In this document: piece after piece, positions 36,042-44,902 of the stretch
How the letters are laid out: every line of letters begins with the position of its first letter
How positions within the stretch are numbered: the first letter of the stretch is position 1
Sequence record: NZ_CP049149.1
Origin: a plasmid
DNA: 64,000 nt
Reading direction: 5' to 3' (one strand)
The notes under the pieces: model-generated
The model's database searches: none
Seen by the model: only the letters and a program-made list of their open reading frames with translations
What the model was told of the DNA's origin: nothing
Translations under genes and position numbers: made by a program

Positions 36042-36515
36042 ATGGTAAAATTGATACAAAATAGTAAGCAGGCAATTAACACTATGAGCACCGAAATCTA
36101 CGAAAAAATCATGTCCGATCTGGAGTTTGACCGGGACAATCTTGAAGACGTCTGGCGTCAGCAACCACGCCTTTTAATGGAGTACGGCTCCAGACTCGCC
36201 CAGGCAGAGCGAGAGGTGGCTGATGCGAAGCTGTCACTGGACGCTATTGAGGCAAAGATTTACGACAACGAGCGTAAGAACCTGAGTATGAACGGCATTA
36301 AGTTTAATGAGTCCGTGCTGGAGGCGAAGGTCAGAACCAACCCACAGTATCTTTCCAAACGTCAGAAACTGGATGATGCGCGGTATAAAGCAGACCTTTA
36401 TAAGCACGCTGTGGCCGCCTTTTCACACCGCCGTGACATGATCATCCAGGCATCGAAAATGGCCATCATGGAAATTGAGCGGCTGGGTGCCGAACGCTTC
36501 CACTCTCCCCGTTAA
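36042..36515 (+). CDS. UvsY-like recombination mediator candidate
   Basis: Helical protein of about 150 aa immediately upstream of the gp32-like SSB gene. Loose collinear similarity to T4 UvsY. Confidence 0.3.
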   Translation: MVKLIQNSKQAINTMSTEIYEKIMSDLEFDRDNLEDVWRQQPRLLMEYGSRLAQAEREVADAKLSLDAIEAKIYDNERKNLSMNGIKFNESVLEAKVRTNPQYLSKRQKLDDARYKADLYKHAVAAFSHRRDMIIQASKMAIMEIERLGAERFHSPR

Positions 36516-36634
36516 TTTATGCTGGATCGTAAGTAAGTACCGATCTATCATTCATCTCGCTCGAAAGAGCCACGAACAAACGAACGCCCAAAGCGCACAG
36601 CGCCAATGGCCACATAAACAACAAGGAGAAATAC

Positions 36635-37645
36635 ATGTCTAAGTCATTACTTGATCTGCTTAACAAGACTCGTGGCGATATTGCTTCCAAACGTGGCAAT
36701 AACGTTGACCTGACCCGTCTGAAAGACGGCAACAACTTTCTGCGCATTTTTCCGAACAAGGATGACCCGAACGGGGTGTTCTTCCAGACTTTCGGTATGC
36801 ACTACGTTAAGCATCAGAATGAGGAAGGCAAAGAAGTTACCACTGCTTATGTCTGCGAACAGCACACCCACGGCCGCGCTTGCCAACTGTGTGAGATGGT
36901 GATGGAAGGTCGTGTCCGCCACAAAGGCAACAAGGCGATGGAAGAGCGCATTAACTCCATGCGTGCTACCCCGCGTTATCTGGTGAATGGTGTACTGTCT
37001 GCCCGCGAAGACTTTGGCGATGCAGAGAAATGCCAGCTGATCGAGCTGCCGTCCACCGTCTTCGATGACATCTGCAAAGTCATGTCCGAAGACATTGCAG
37101 ACGACATCGGCAACCCGCTGAGCAAGGAAGAAGGCTACGCGTTCCTGATTAAGCGCACCGGCTCTGGTCGTGATACCAAATATGACGTATCGCCGAAGCG
37201 CAAAGTCTACAAAGGCGACATCGCTGAGAAACTCTGGACTACCCAGCATGATCTGATCGCATACGCGAACCAGGCCGACGAGACCCGTCTGCTCTCTACC
37301 GCGCGCACGATGGGTCGCCTGATTGGCATCGCAGCGCCAGCTGCCACCATGTCTGCACCGGCGATTTCGTCTTCTGCTAAATCCGCTGCCGCCGCCCTGC
37401 CGGGTTTCGGCTCCATCACTGGCCATACGGAAGGCGCCGCTGCTGTCGCTACAGCACACACCCCAGCGCCGGAATCCTCCAGCCTGGTTGATGAAGAAAT
37501 TCTGCGTGCCGCGGAAGCTGAGTTTAAGCCAGAACCCGAAGCGGCTAAGGCACCGGAAGCAGCGATCGAACCGACTGCTTCCGCCACCGCTGCTCCGGCC
37601 GAAGAAGGTCTCGATGACCTGCTGGCTGAACTGGACGCTCTGTAA
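36635..37645 (+). CDS. ssDNA-binding protein, T4 gp32-like
   Basis: TRLKDGNNFLRIFPNKDDPNGVFF aligns with T4 gp32 [26 protein letters not shown]. His/Cys zinc ligands (HTHGRACQLC). Acidic C-terminal tail LDDLLAELDAL. Confidence 0.65.
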   Translation: MSKSLLDLLNKTRGDIASKRGNNVDLTRLKDGNNFLRIFPNKDDPNGVFFQTFGMHYVKHQNEEGKEVTTAYVCEQHTHGRACQLCEMVMEGRVRHKGNKAMEERINSMRATPRYLVNGVLSAREDFGDAEKCQLIELPSTVFDDICKVMSEDIADDIGNPLSKEEGYAFLIKRTGSGRDTKYDVSPKRKVYKGDIAEKLWTTQHDLIAYANQADETRLLSTARTMGRLIGIAAPAATMSAPAISSSAKSAAAALPGFGSITGHTEGAAAVATAHTPAPESSSLVDEEILRAAEAEFKPEPEAAKAPEAAIEPTASATAAPAEEGLDDLLAELDAL

Positions 37646-37663
37646 TCCCATCTCGTAACCAAT

Positions 37664-37690
37664 AAGGCGTCTACGGACGCCTTACTTTTT
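37664..37690 (+). terminator. Rho-independent terminator
   Basis: aaggcgtctacggacgccttacttttt. Confidence 0.5.
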
Positions 37691-37705
37691 GGAAGGAGTG
37701 TACCG

Positions 37706-38650
37706 GTGAATTATCTCTTAGTGGACGGTAACAGCCTGGGCTATTACCACCAACAATCAGACAAGTTGCACAACGGCGAAATGGAAGTTCAGGCAGCGTT
37801 TGGCTTCGTGAAAAACGTTCGTCGTTACGCATCCATCCTACATGCCAGACCGATGATTCTGTGGGATGGCTTTAGCGACAAGCGTCGTGATTTTTATCCG
37901 GAATACAAAGCGAACCGCGATGACGATCCGGATATGAAGAAGATGAAAGAGGGCTTCGCTCTCCAGAAGCCTTACATCATGAAAATGATGACCGCGCTGG
38001 GCGTTAACCAGCTCGTTGCGAAAGACGCAGAAGCGGATGACCTGGCTGGAATGCTGGTCTCGCGCCTGGCTCCGCAGCCCACTGTCGACCACATCTACTT
38101 ACTGACAGGTGATGGCGACTGGCTCCAGCTGGTGCGCGAAAACGTGAGCTGGGTAAGCCTTCGTGAAGACGCCAAGCACAAACAGGTGAACTTCGAACAA
38201 TTCGCAGAGCTAACCGGTCTGCCAACGCCTCGCGCATTTCTGGAAGCGAAAGCGTTACAGGGTGACACATCGGACAACATCAAGGGTGTCGGTGGTATTG
38301 GCGACGGCGGCGCTAAAGAGTTGCTGCATGAATGGGGAAGCGTGGCCGCAATGGTACGCGGTATCAATGACGGCTCCATCGTCATCGACAAAGGCCGCTA
38401 TAAGACCGCATTCAACAAGCTGGCAAAGAACGCGTTTAACGAAAAGACGGGCTGCCGAATGCTGGAGGCGTTCAAACGCAACATGACACTGATGAACCTC
38501 ATCGAAACGAAATTTCCGCCCAGCGAAATCGAGTCCATTAAAGGCGCGCGCGATGTTAAGGCGTTCGAACAGCTTTGCTACGAACTGAACTTCCGCTCGT
38601 TTCTGGAAGACCTGGACGTGTTCATCCTGCCATTTGAAAGGTACTGCTGA
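37706..38650 (+). CDS. 5'-3' exonuclease / flap endonuclease (T4 RNase H / T5 D15-like)
   Basis: LLVDGNSLGYY (PIN-like N-terminus) and GDTSDNIKGVGGIG (helix-hairpin-helix motif). Confidence 0.7.
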   Translation: MNYLLVDGNSLGYYHQQSDKLHNGEMEVQAAFGFVKNVRRYASILHARPMILWDGFSDKRRDFYPEYKANRDDDPDMKKMKEGFALQKPYIMKMMTALGVNQLVAKDAEADDLAGMLVSRLAPQPTVDHIYLLTGDGDWLQLVRENVSWVSLREDAKHKQVNFEQFAELTGLPTPRAFLEAKALQGDTSDNIKGVGGIGDGGAKELLHEWGSVAAMVRGINDGSIVIDKGRYKTAFNKLAKNAFNEKTGCRMLEAFKRNMTLMNLIETKFPPSEIESIKGARDVKAFEQLCYELNFRSFLEDLDVFILPFERYC

Positions 38651-38916
38651 TGCTGAAATCCATTATCAACGGTGGCGCTACCACCCCAACCATGCTGGCT
38701 AAAGAGATCGTGTTTTGCCACGGCGAGCACGCTGTTGTAGCGCTGCGCAGCATTCTGGGTACTGCCGGTATTTCTGCCACTGAACGTGAGTATGCGTTGT
38801 TGAGTGAGCAGGTTGTGAAAATCCTTGCTCGTATCGCAAAGCACCTCAACCACGACGTAATCAATTTTGACGAAGCCGCTGCTTCGAAGCGTATTAACGA
38901 AACTAAAGGAATCTGA
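38650..38916 (+). CDS. Hypothetical protein
   Basis: 88-aa ORF. ATGA coupling to the exonuclease gene. Confidence 0.35.
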   Translation: MLKSIINGGATTPTMLAKEIVFCHGEHAVVALRSILGTAGISATEREYALLSEQVVKILARIAKHLNHDVINFDEAAASKRINETKGI

Positions 38917-38918
38917 TC

Positions 38919-41264
38919 ATGGCAAAAGGAAAATCCGCTCTTGCGCTGGCACTGAAAAAGAAAATTGGCAGCAACGACGAAATTCAGAAGGTCACGCACT
39001 GGATTGACAGTGGCTACCCTCCGCTGAATAAAGCGATCTCCGGACGTTTCGACGGCGGCTTCCCATGTGGGCGCATCGTTGAGGTATTTGGGCCACCAAG
39101 CGCGGGGAAATGTGTTACCGCAGACACCATGCTGCTGACGGAGCGTGGAATGGTAACAGTGAAAGAACTGTTTGAGATTGAGGGGCACAAAGCAACATGC
39201 ACTACTCGCGATGTAGAGCATAACGTTGGACTCATCAATGAAAATGGCGTGATAGAGAAGACCTCACACCTGACATGGAACAACCGTCGCAAATTCAAGC
39301 GCATTAAGCTGGCATCAGGGGGTTACATCGAGGCTACGTTCCGTCACCCAATTCGTGTGGTTGACGACTTAGGCAATATCGTCTGGCGGTATGCTGAAAA
39401 AATCAGTGTAGGCGACACGATTCCTTCAATGGTTGGCACACATCAATTCGGCGATCAGCACTTGGACGCCAATATCGCAAAACTGATGGGCTATTTAATT
39501 GCTGACGGATACGTGGCCTCTGAAAATTCTGTGCATTTTTCTAACACAGATCCATTCATCAAGGATGAGTACTACCGCCTCATTTCGCTGGTATCAGACA
39601 AGATGCCAGTTACGAGAAAACATAACGGCTCGGAAGACCATGTGCTGTTTAGCAAAGAGGTGCGTTCGCTGCTTTTTAAAGAATATGGTCTGGAGTATGA
39701 GAAAGCTGCTGGCAAGCAGGTTCCGTTGAGTGTGCGTCGCGCCAATAGCGAGGCTCAAATTGCATTCCTTCGCGGCTACTTTGAGCTGGAATGCCACGTC
39801 AATGATGGTCGCTGCATTGAGGTTGTGAGCGCGAGTGGGCTGCTGCTACAGCAAATTCGCCTCATGCTCCTGAATCTGGGGATTACGTCAACTATCTCTG
39901 AAAAACACGTCGCAGGTTATAAAAACATATATTACCGGCTGTCATTCAGTGGCTCTAACTACGACCTTTTCCTGTCAACGATTGGGTTCGAGTCTCCGGC
40001 TCGTTTAGCAGTGGCAACCAAACGGGACATTAGTTTTGACCGCACTTATTTAGGCTACGTTCCGCACATCAGCGGCTTAGTGAAATCACTCTACGAGTCA
40101 CTCACCAAGACCTCTCGTAAAGACTACGTTCTGGTAGATCACGTTATTGGCCGCGGCGATCGTGTCGGAATAGACAAACTACGAGAAATCTATGTCTCCT
40201 TCATTGGCAGAAAGAATCGTTTTAACGAGCATCTGTTTGCACAACTGGCAGCGGTAATTGACTCTAACTTGTTCTACGACGAAGTCGTGGCTATTGAGGA
40301 AGGTGAAGCACCAACGTTCGACGTAGCGATGCCGGAAACACACTCTTTCTGGTCTAACGGGATTATCAGCCACAACACATTCCTCGCGACGGCTGCAATG
40401 GTGTCAGCACAGAAACAGGATGGTCTGGCCGTATTCCTCGACCACGAAAACAGTTTTGACGTTGGCCTGGCAGTGGCTAACGGTCTGAACGCAGATGAAG
40501 ATGACGGCCAGTGGGTCTACAAACAGCCTGACACCTTCGAAGATTCGGTTGAGCTTATTGGCACCATCCTCAAGCTGGTGCGCGATGAAGAGTTAATTCC
40601 GGAAGACGCACCAATTTGTATCGTGGCCGACTCGCTGGCGTCTATGGTGCCGAACTCCAAAGCCGAGAAGTTCGACAAGATGGCGGATGGCACCGCGAAG
40701 GACAAAGACCAGCTGAATATGAACGACAATACGGCGCTGGCGCGCGCGACGAGTGCGAACTTCCCTACTCTGGCGCTCTGGGCGAGAAAATATAACGCCT
40801 GCATCATTTTCTTGAATCAGGTGCGTACAAAGATTGGTGTGATGTTTGGCGATCCGACAACGTCTCCGGGCGGCGACTCGCCAAAGTTTTACGCGTCAGT
40901 GCGCATCCGTCTGGGTGCATCTGTCATGAAGGACGGCAAAGACAAGATTGGGCAAGACGTGGGTGCCGAGTGCATCAAAAACAAAGTGGCGACGCCATAC
41001 GGCAAATGCTCATGGAAGTTTTACTTCGACCCGAGCCGCGGTCTCGACGTCATCGAGTCTTTAGTTGAGTACATGCTGGAAGAAGGATACCTGCCAAAGA
41101 ACGCCAGCGGCCGAGTAGAGATTGGCGACAAGAAGTTCACCAAATCGCAGATCGTCGACATGTACCGCGAGAAGCCCCTTTCGGAGATCATCGCAGCGCT
41201 GCAAGCGATTGACGAAAGACGTGCCAAAGAAACGGCACCAGAAATCGAAGAAGAAGTTGAGTAA
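38919..41264 (+). CDS. RecA/UvsX-like recombinase containing an intein in the P-loop
   Basis: The exteins reconstitute the Walker A motif GPPSAGK|TFLATA. Total extein length is about 359 aa. The C-extein carries the RecA-fold core (..IFLNQVRTKIGVMFGDPTTSPGG..). Confidence 0.75.
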   Translation: MAKGKSALALALKKKIGSNDEIQKVTHWIDSGYPPLNKAISGRFDGGFPCGRIVEVFGPPSAGKCVTADTMLLTERGMVTVKELFEIEGHKATCTTRDVEHNVGLINENGVIEKTSHLTWNNRRKFKRIKLASGGYIEATFRHPIRVVDDLGNIVWRYAEKISVGDTIPSMVGTHQFGDQHLDANIAKLMGYLIADGYVASENSVHFSNTDPFIKDEYYRLISLVSDKMPVTRKHNGSEDHVLFSKEVRSLLFKEYGLEYEKAAGKQVPLSVRRANSEAQIAFLRGYFELECHVNDGRCIEVVSASGLLLQQIRLMLLNLGITSTISEKHVAGYKNIYYRLSFSGSNYDLFLSTIGFESPARLAVATKRDISFDRTYLGYVPHISGLVKSLYESLTKTSRKDYVLVDHVIGRGDRVGIDKLREIYVSFIGRKNRFNEHLFAQLAAVIDSNLFYDEVVAIEEGEAPTFDVAMPETHSFWSNGIISHNTFLATAAMVSAQKQDGLAVFLDHENSFDVGLAVANGLNADEDDGQWVYKQPDTFEDSVELIGTILKLVRDEELIPEDAPICIVADSLASMVPNSKAEKFDKMADGTAKDKDQLNMNDNTALARATSANFPTLALWARKYNACIIFLNQVRTKIGVMFGDPTTSPGGDSPKFYASVRIRLGASVMKDGKDKIGQDVGAECIKNKVATPYGKCSWKFYFDPSRGLDVIESLVEYMLEEGYLPKNASGRVEIGDKKFTKSQIVDMYREKPLSEIIAALQAIDERRAKETAPEIEEEVE
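39111..40376 (+). mobile_element. Intein (422 aa) with LAGLIDADG homing-endonuclease domain
   Basis: Starts with Cys immediately after GPPSAGK and ends with ...IISHN followed by Thr. Contains LAGLIDADG motifs LMGYLIADGYV and LRGYFELECHV. Confidence 0.7.
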
Positions 41265-41267
41265 ACA

Positions 41268-41296
41268 AAGGGCGTCCAATGGACGCCTTTTTATTT
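41268..41296 (+). terminator. Rho-independent terminator
   Basis: aagggcgtccaatggacgcctttttatttt. Confidence 0.55.
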
Positions 41297-41315
41297 TCAT
41301 TATTATCACCATTAA

Positions 41316-41331
41316 GAAAACAATTTGTTTT
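41316..41331. promoter_or_regulatory. Palindromic motif GAAAACAATTTGTTTT
   Basis: AAAACAAnTTGTTT family, 70 nt upstream of the ATG at 41401. Confidence 0.35.
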
Positions 41332-41400
41332 CTAACTCAAAAGACAAAGTGACAGTGCAACGCCACCAGTGGCGACCCGCTGTAAATCAGGACAAAAGCA

Positions 41401-41820
41401 ATGAAGAACGTGAAAAAGCTATATATCGCGGCAAACGCTGCGCTGGACGTAGTTGATAAGGAGATTGCAGAGGGTTATGCGCAGCCAGATTGGGCGCATC
41501 AGTTAAGAGAGGCGATAGCGGAAATGAATACGCCGGAGCCAGCGGAAGATGAAGCTGACTGGCAGCGATTTATTCGAATGTATGCAGAAGAGATTGGCCC
41601 GACTCCTACAGCGGAGCAGGCGATGTTGCTTAAGTACTTTAAAGAAGCTGGCGACGAACTGCCGGTGGACGATACCCCGTACTGGTTTCACGCCGCCTGG
41701 CGAAAAACAGACGTGCTCTTCAGCCGGTCGCTGGGCAGCAAAGACATGGTTGTCTGGCACCTGATGCACATCGATGAGGCCATTGACCGCACGCTGGAGA
41801 AGTTCTTTCAACCAACCTGA
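41401..41820 (+). CDS. Hypothetical protein
   Basis: 139-aa acidic ORF. Confidence 0.4.
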   Translation: MKNVKKLYIAANAALDVVDKEIAEGYAQPDWAHQLREAIAEMNTPEPAEDEADWQRFIRMYAEEIGPTPTAEQAMLLKYFKEAGDELPVDDTPYWFHAAWRKTDVLFSRSLGSKDMVVWHLMHIDEAIDRTLEKFFQPT

Positions 41821-41886
41821 ACAGGATGTTGTGCGCCGCATGGCGCACGTTAAAATAGATAATCACTTACCAACAAGGAGGAGCAC

Positions 41887-42162
41887 ATGAGAATTTTGGT
41901 TCGCATCTCAGCCAGTACTGACTATGACGTTTATCCTTTGTTTATGGTTAGGTGCGACGGTTTGAACGACGAAGAGATTCAGGCGGCTATACAGCGAAAC
42001 CTTGTCGAATATACCGGTCAGTCAGCGGAAACTGTGTTTGTGGATGAAGATGGGATCTGCTGGCATGACGGCTGCTGCTGGTACATCGATGAGACAAGAG
42101 CCATCAGCGACGACGATGCTGCCCACCTTGAGCGCATATTGGGCATCAGCACGTTTGACTAA
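41887..42162 (+). CDS. Hypothetical protein
   Basis: 91-aa ORF. RBS aaggaggagcacATG. Confidence 0.35.
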   Translation: MRILVRISASTDYDVYPLFMVRCDGLNDEEIQAAIQRNLVEYTGQSAETVFVDEDGICWHDGCCWYIDETRAISDDDAAHLERILGISTFD

Positions 42163-42202
42163 TATTTACAGGTTCATTTGTATAAGTTAGCATTTACCTA
42201 TT

Positions 42203-42382
42203 ATGAGCAATTTAACAAACACCCTTTTACTTATCGTGTCGGTCTCTTTTTTGGTCGACTGTCTTTTCATCGGAGCCATCAGAAAGGCATTAGCCCCTGT
42301 TAATGGCACGGTGGTTAAAATGCTGGCGATCATGCTTGCCTTTGACTCGGCGCTTGATGTAATCAGTGGAGTGGCAGCATGA
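42203..42382 (+). CDS. Small two-TM membrane protein (about 59 aa), not in the ORF track
   Basis: MSNLTNTLLLIVSVSFLVDCLFIGAIRKALAPVNGTVVKMLAIMLAFDSALDVISGVAA. ATGA-coupled to the next gene. Confidence 0.3.
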   Translation: MSNLTNTLLLIVSVSFLVDCLFIGAIRKALAPVNGTVVKMLAIMLAFDSALDVISGVAA

Positions 42383-42717
42383 AAACACGGCTTGCTCTGG
42401 CTGTTTTGCTCTTATCCCATTCCATTTCTGCTGACACTCGCATTTATGAGTGCGAGATGTCTGTGGCCGAAACAAAAAAAGACACGCTGACAAACGTCGT
42501 TAAAGCGCCCTATGGAGCGATGGTTGTGGATAGCGGGGAGCAATTTTACATCGTTCGCGATGACCGCGTTTTGTCCTCTCCTTACCTTACAAGACGCGAC
42601 AACAAACTGACCGGCGTCGGTGAGGACAAGCTTGTTTACAACAAATCAGGTGATAGCTACGGCGTTCACGCAAAGGACGCCAGTTACCTTTTCGATGACT
42701 GCAAGGAGGTTGGTTAA
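42379..42717 (+). CDS. Secreted hypothetical protein (signal peptide)
   Basis: MKTRLALAVLLLSHSISA signal peptide. 112 aa. Confidence 0.4.
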   Translation: MKTRLALAVLLLSHSISADTRIYECEMSVAETKKDTLTNVVKAPYGAMVVDSGEQFYIVRDDRVLSSPYLTRRDNKLTGVGEDKLVYNKSGDSYGVHAKDASYLFDDCKEVG

Positions 42718-42929
42718 TGGCGATGACACTGACAGGTCTGGAAATCGAAAAAACGAGCGGCTACTGGCGCGCCAAAGGATTCAGAAAGTCCGATGTGATG
42801 GAGCGCCTGGAGCGTGAAGACGGCTTTATAGTCCACCAGCGTCGCGAATGGCGCATGTACGATCCGGAAAGCGGAAAGCTCACATCCAAAGCACAAACCC
42901 TCTGGGGGCTGCTGAAAAAAATCATCTGA
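42717..42929 (+). CDS. Hypothetical protein
   Basis: 70-aa ORF coupled by ATGA. Confidence 0.3.
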   Translation: MAMTLTGLEIEKTSGYWRAKGFRKSDVMERLEREDGFIVHQRREWRMYDPESGKLTSKAQTLWGLLKKII

Positions 42930-43001
42930 TCCATTATCCACTATGGGAAGAACCACTTCCCATAGTGGTTATCTTGCCCGTAATAGCAACATCATAGCGC
43001 C

Positions 43002-43165
43002 TACCGCTGACAGCATACGTTTGTCTAAATTCGCCCCATTTTTACCGCTGACAGCATATCTTTTAGTCGCTCAATTTACCGCTGACAGCATACGTTATGA
43101 CCACAAGACAAGGTTTACCGCTCACAGCATATCCAAACATCACCTCATACCGCTGGCAGCATATC
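43002..43165. repeat. Iteron array (5 copies of the 18-bp TACCGCTGACAGCATA(T/C)(C/G) unit, 32-41-bp spacing): distal copy-control (incA-like) repeats
   Basis: Copies begin at about 43002, 43043, 43077, 43116 and 43148. Confidence 0.7.
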
Positions 43166-43369
43166 GACGTTTTTCGCCTCTGTGGGCGCTCTATCAGGAC
43201 GAGAAAAACAATCAAGTTAGTGAGTGCAAACCCTTATTTCATGCGGCTTGCGGGGTTAGTGACCACTGGGGAAGTTGTCGCGGGAAATGGGATCGAAGAG
43301 GCGCGCAGACCAGATAACGGCGGGCTAATGAGCAAAATCGCCCGCTGATATCATACATTTTCTAAAAAT

Positions 43370-43481
43370 TACCGCTCACAGCATATCTTTTTGCCGCTGA
43401 CAGCATACTTAATGTGAAAAATACCGCTGACAGCATATCTTGTACCGCTGGTAGCATACGTTTTACCGCTGACAGCATATC
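43370..43481. repeat. Iteron array (5 copies, 21-30-bp spacing) immediately 3' of repA (incA-like)
   Basis: Copies begin at about 43370, 43392, 43422, 43443 and 43464. The last copy overlaps the repA stop codon. Confidence 0.75.
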
Positions 43482-44580
43482 AAAGGAGTTTCAGGCTGTT
43501 GGAGAGAATCTCGATCAGCTTGATGTTTTCGGGCGTCAGGTTCTGCGATAACTCGGTGATTTTGTTCACGAGGTTTTGTTTTGCATCGACACCAGAAGAC
43601 GTGCTCTCGACCGGCTTATCCGGAAGCGCGGGCATTTCCTCTTTGACCGAAGAGGCTTTGAGCTTGGGATTGCGGCTGTGGATCTGAATGTAAATCGAGC
43701 GGCCACGCTTAATCTCGCTGTATTCGAGATAGCCCAATTCCTCCAGCGTTTTTAAGCCGTTGCGGATGGTCTGATTCTGCGAGCTGACGTTACGACTACT
43801 CAAATTAAGTCTGGCTCGAAGCCTTGCCAGCGATACTGGTGCCGGTTTGGCTGGAAGACTTTCGATGAACGTATACAGCGCCTGGGCGGTCTCTTTGCGC
43901 GGCAGCTTGTTAATGACTTTTAGCTGGAGCAGCACTTTGTGGTCGAAGCGATAGAGTTCGGCCAGCTTCGGCTCTGCGTGAAAGATGATGGAGTCTTTTT
44001 GCTCGTTGTAATCGACGCTGTTCACCAGGTGAACCATCAGGAGCGAGATTTTGTTCGAGCCGTCGACGTTCTTTTCTTCATACGTGCGCTGGAAAGAGAG
44101 CGTGGTGCGCATGATCTTCAGGAGGCTGTTGGTGAGCCTGTCACGCAGCGTCTTGCGGATCTGCGACGACGGATAGCCGCAGAATTTGGCGAACTTGGTA
44201 ATGCTCAACTCGACGCGGCCACTCGGCTCCCCGTACTCGGCCAGAGAGCGAACGACGCCGACCCACGTTTTAAAATCGTGATCCATATCCAGGCGTGGAC
44301 CTGTTATCTTGATGTCGGAATACCCTTCTGAACGAGCAACCTCCAGCTGAACCAGTTCTTTTGAGGCGTCGATCTCATTAGGTCTGTTCCGCTTGCTGTT
44401 CTTTGTTCCCTTTAGCGTGGGCACGAACAAACCAAGCCTCATCAACGCTATAGGCTGAACAGTATTGTTGCTGTTTGGAACAAGATCGCCTGTGTATAGT
44501 TCGAGGGATTCTTCTTCAAAATTATCTATACTGTCGTCTAACACATTGTTTTTGGTTTCTTTTTTCTTTCGAGTGGGCAT
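43480..44580 (-). CDS. repA: RepA replication initiator (P1 RepA / RepFIB-like)
   Basis: Flanked on both sides by iterons. By recollection of P1 RepA, NSNNTVQPIALMRLGLFVP...DIKITGPRLDMD...YTFIESLP...HSRNPKLK correspond to P1 RepA segments. Start taken as MPTRKKK (44580). Confidence 0.75.
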   Translation of the reverse strand: MPTRKKKETKNNVLDDSIDNFEEESLELYTGDLVPNSNNTVQPIALMRLGLFVPTLKGTKNSKRNRPNEIDASKELVQLEVARSEGYSDIKITGPRLDMDHDFKTWVGVVRSLAEYGEPSGRVELSITKFAKFCGYPSSQIRKTLRDRLTNSLLKIMRTTLSFQRTYEEKNVDGSNKISLLMVHLVNSVDYNEQKDSIIFHAEPKLAELYRFDHKVLLQLKVINKLPRKETAQALYTFIESLPAKPAPVSLARLRARLNLSSRNVSSQNQTIRNGLKTLEELGYLEYSEIKRGRSIYIQIHSRNPKLKASSVKEEMPALPDKPVESTSSGVDAKQNLVNKITELSQNLTPENIKLIEILSNSLKLL

Positions 44581-44600
44581 GTTGACACCTTTCCGCTTCC

Positions 44601-44704
44601 AACCGCTGACAGCATACGTTATTTGCCGTTGGCAGCATACCAAAAACAGATGGCAGCATATCGCTTACCGCTGACAGCATATCGCTTACCGCTGACAGCA
44701 TACG
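44601..44704. repeat. Origin iterons (5 copies, about 21-23-bp spacing) upstream of repA
   Basis: AACCGCTGACAGCATACG, a degenerate TTGCCGTTGGCAGCATACC, a degenerate GATGGCAGCATATCG, then TACCGCTGACAGCATATC and TACCGCTGACAGCATACG. Confidence 0.75.
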
Positions 44705-44743
44705 CGAATACCCGTTGAGGCCAGGCGTGGCGCGGTCTGCGAG

Positions 44744-44816
44744 GATCGGGGATCTCTTTTGATCTATATAGGGATCTATACGGGATCTAATTAATAGGAT
44801 CTACCCTGTGGATAAT
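44744..44816. promoter_or_regulatory. Origin-associated GATC cluster (six GATC in about 55 bp as (G)GATCT(A) heptamer-like repeats) followed by a consensus DnaA box TGTGGATAA
   Basis: ggatcggggatctcttttgatctatatagggatctatacgggatctaattaataggatctaccctgTGTGGATAAtg. The layout parallels P1 oriR. Confidence 0.6.
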
Positions 44817-44902
44817 GTGAATAACTAAAACAGGCGTTTGCGAACATTGCCGTACTTCATGCGCTATGTTTGCGGCGAGCAACAATAACGTGAATTAAGA
44901 AT

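Noticed and set aside
36647-37662. 334-aa and 151-aa ORFs antisense to the gp32-like SSB gene
   Set aside because: Low-complexity translations of the Ala-rich C-terminal region. The plus-strand ORF has strong homology logic and an RBS.
42943-43348. ORFs of 124 aa and 83 aa (42943-43317 and 43097-43348) running across the downstream iteron arrays
   Set aside because: They are made almost entirely of repeated iteron sequence, lack an RBS, and iterons are protein-binding DNA in P1-type replicons. Treated as non-coding.
43002-44704. Direct repeats with roughly regular spacing, superficially CRISPR-like
   Set aside because: The repeats are 18 bp and the spacing is irregular (19-41 bp). They flank a repA gene, with a DnaA box and GATC cluster, and there are no cas genes. 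They are plasmid iterons.
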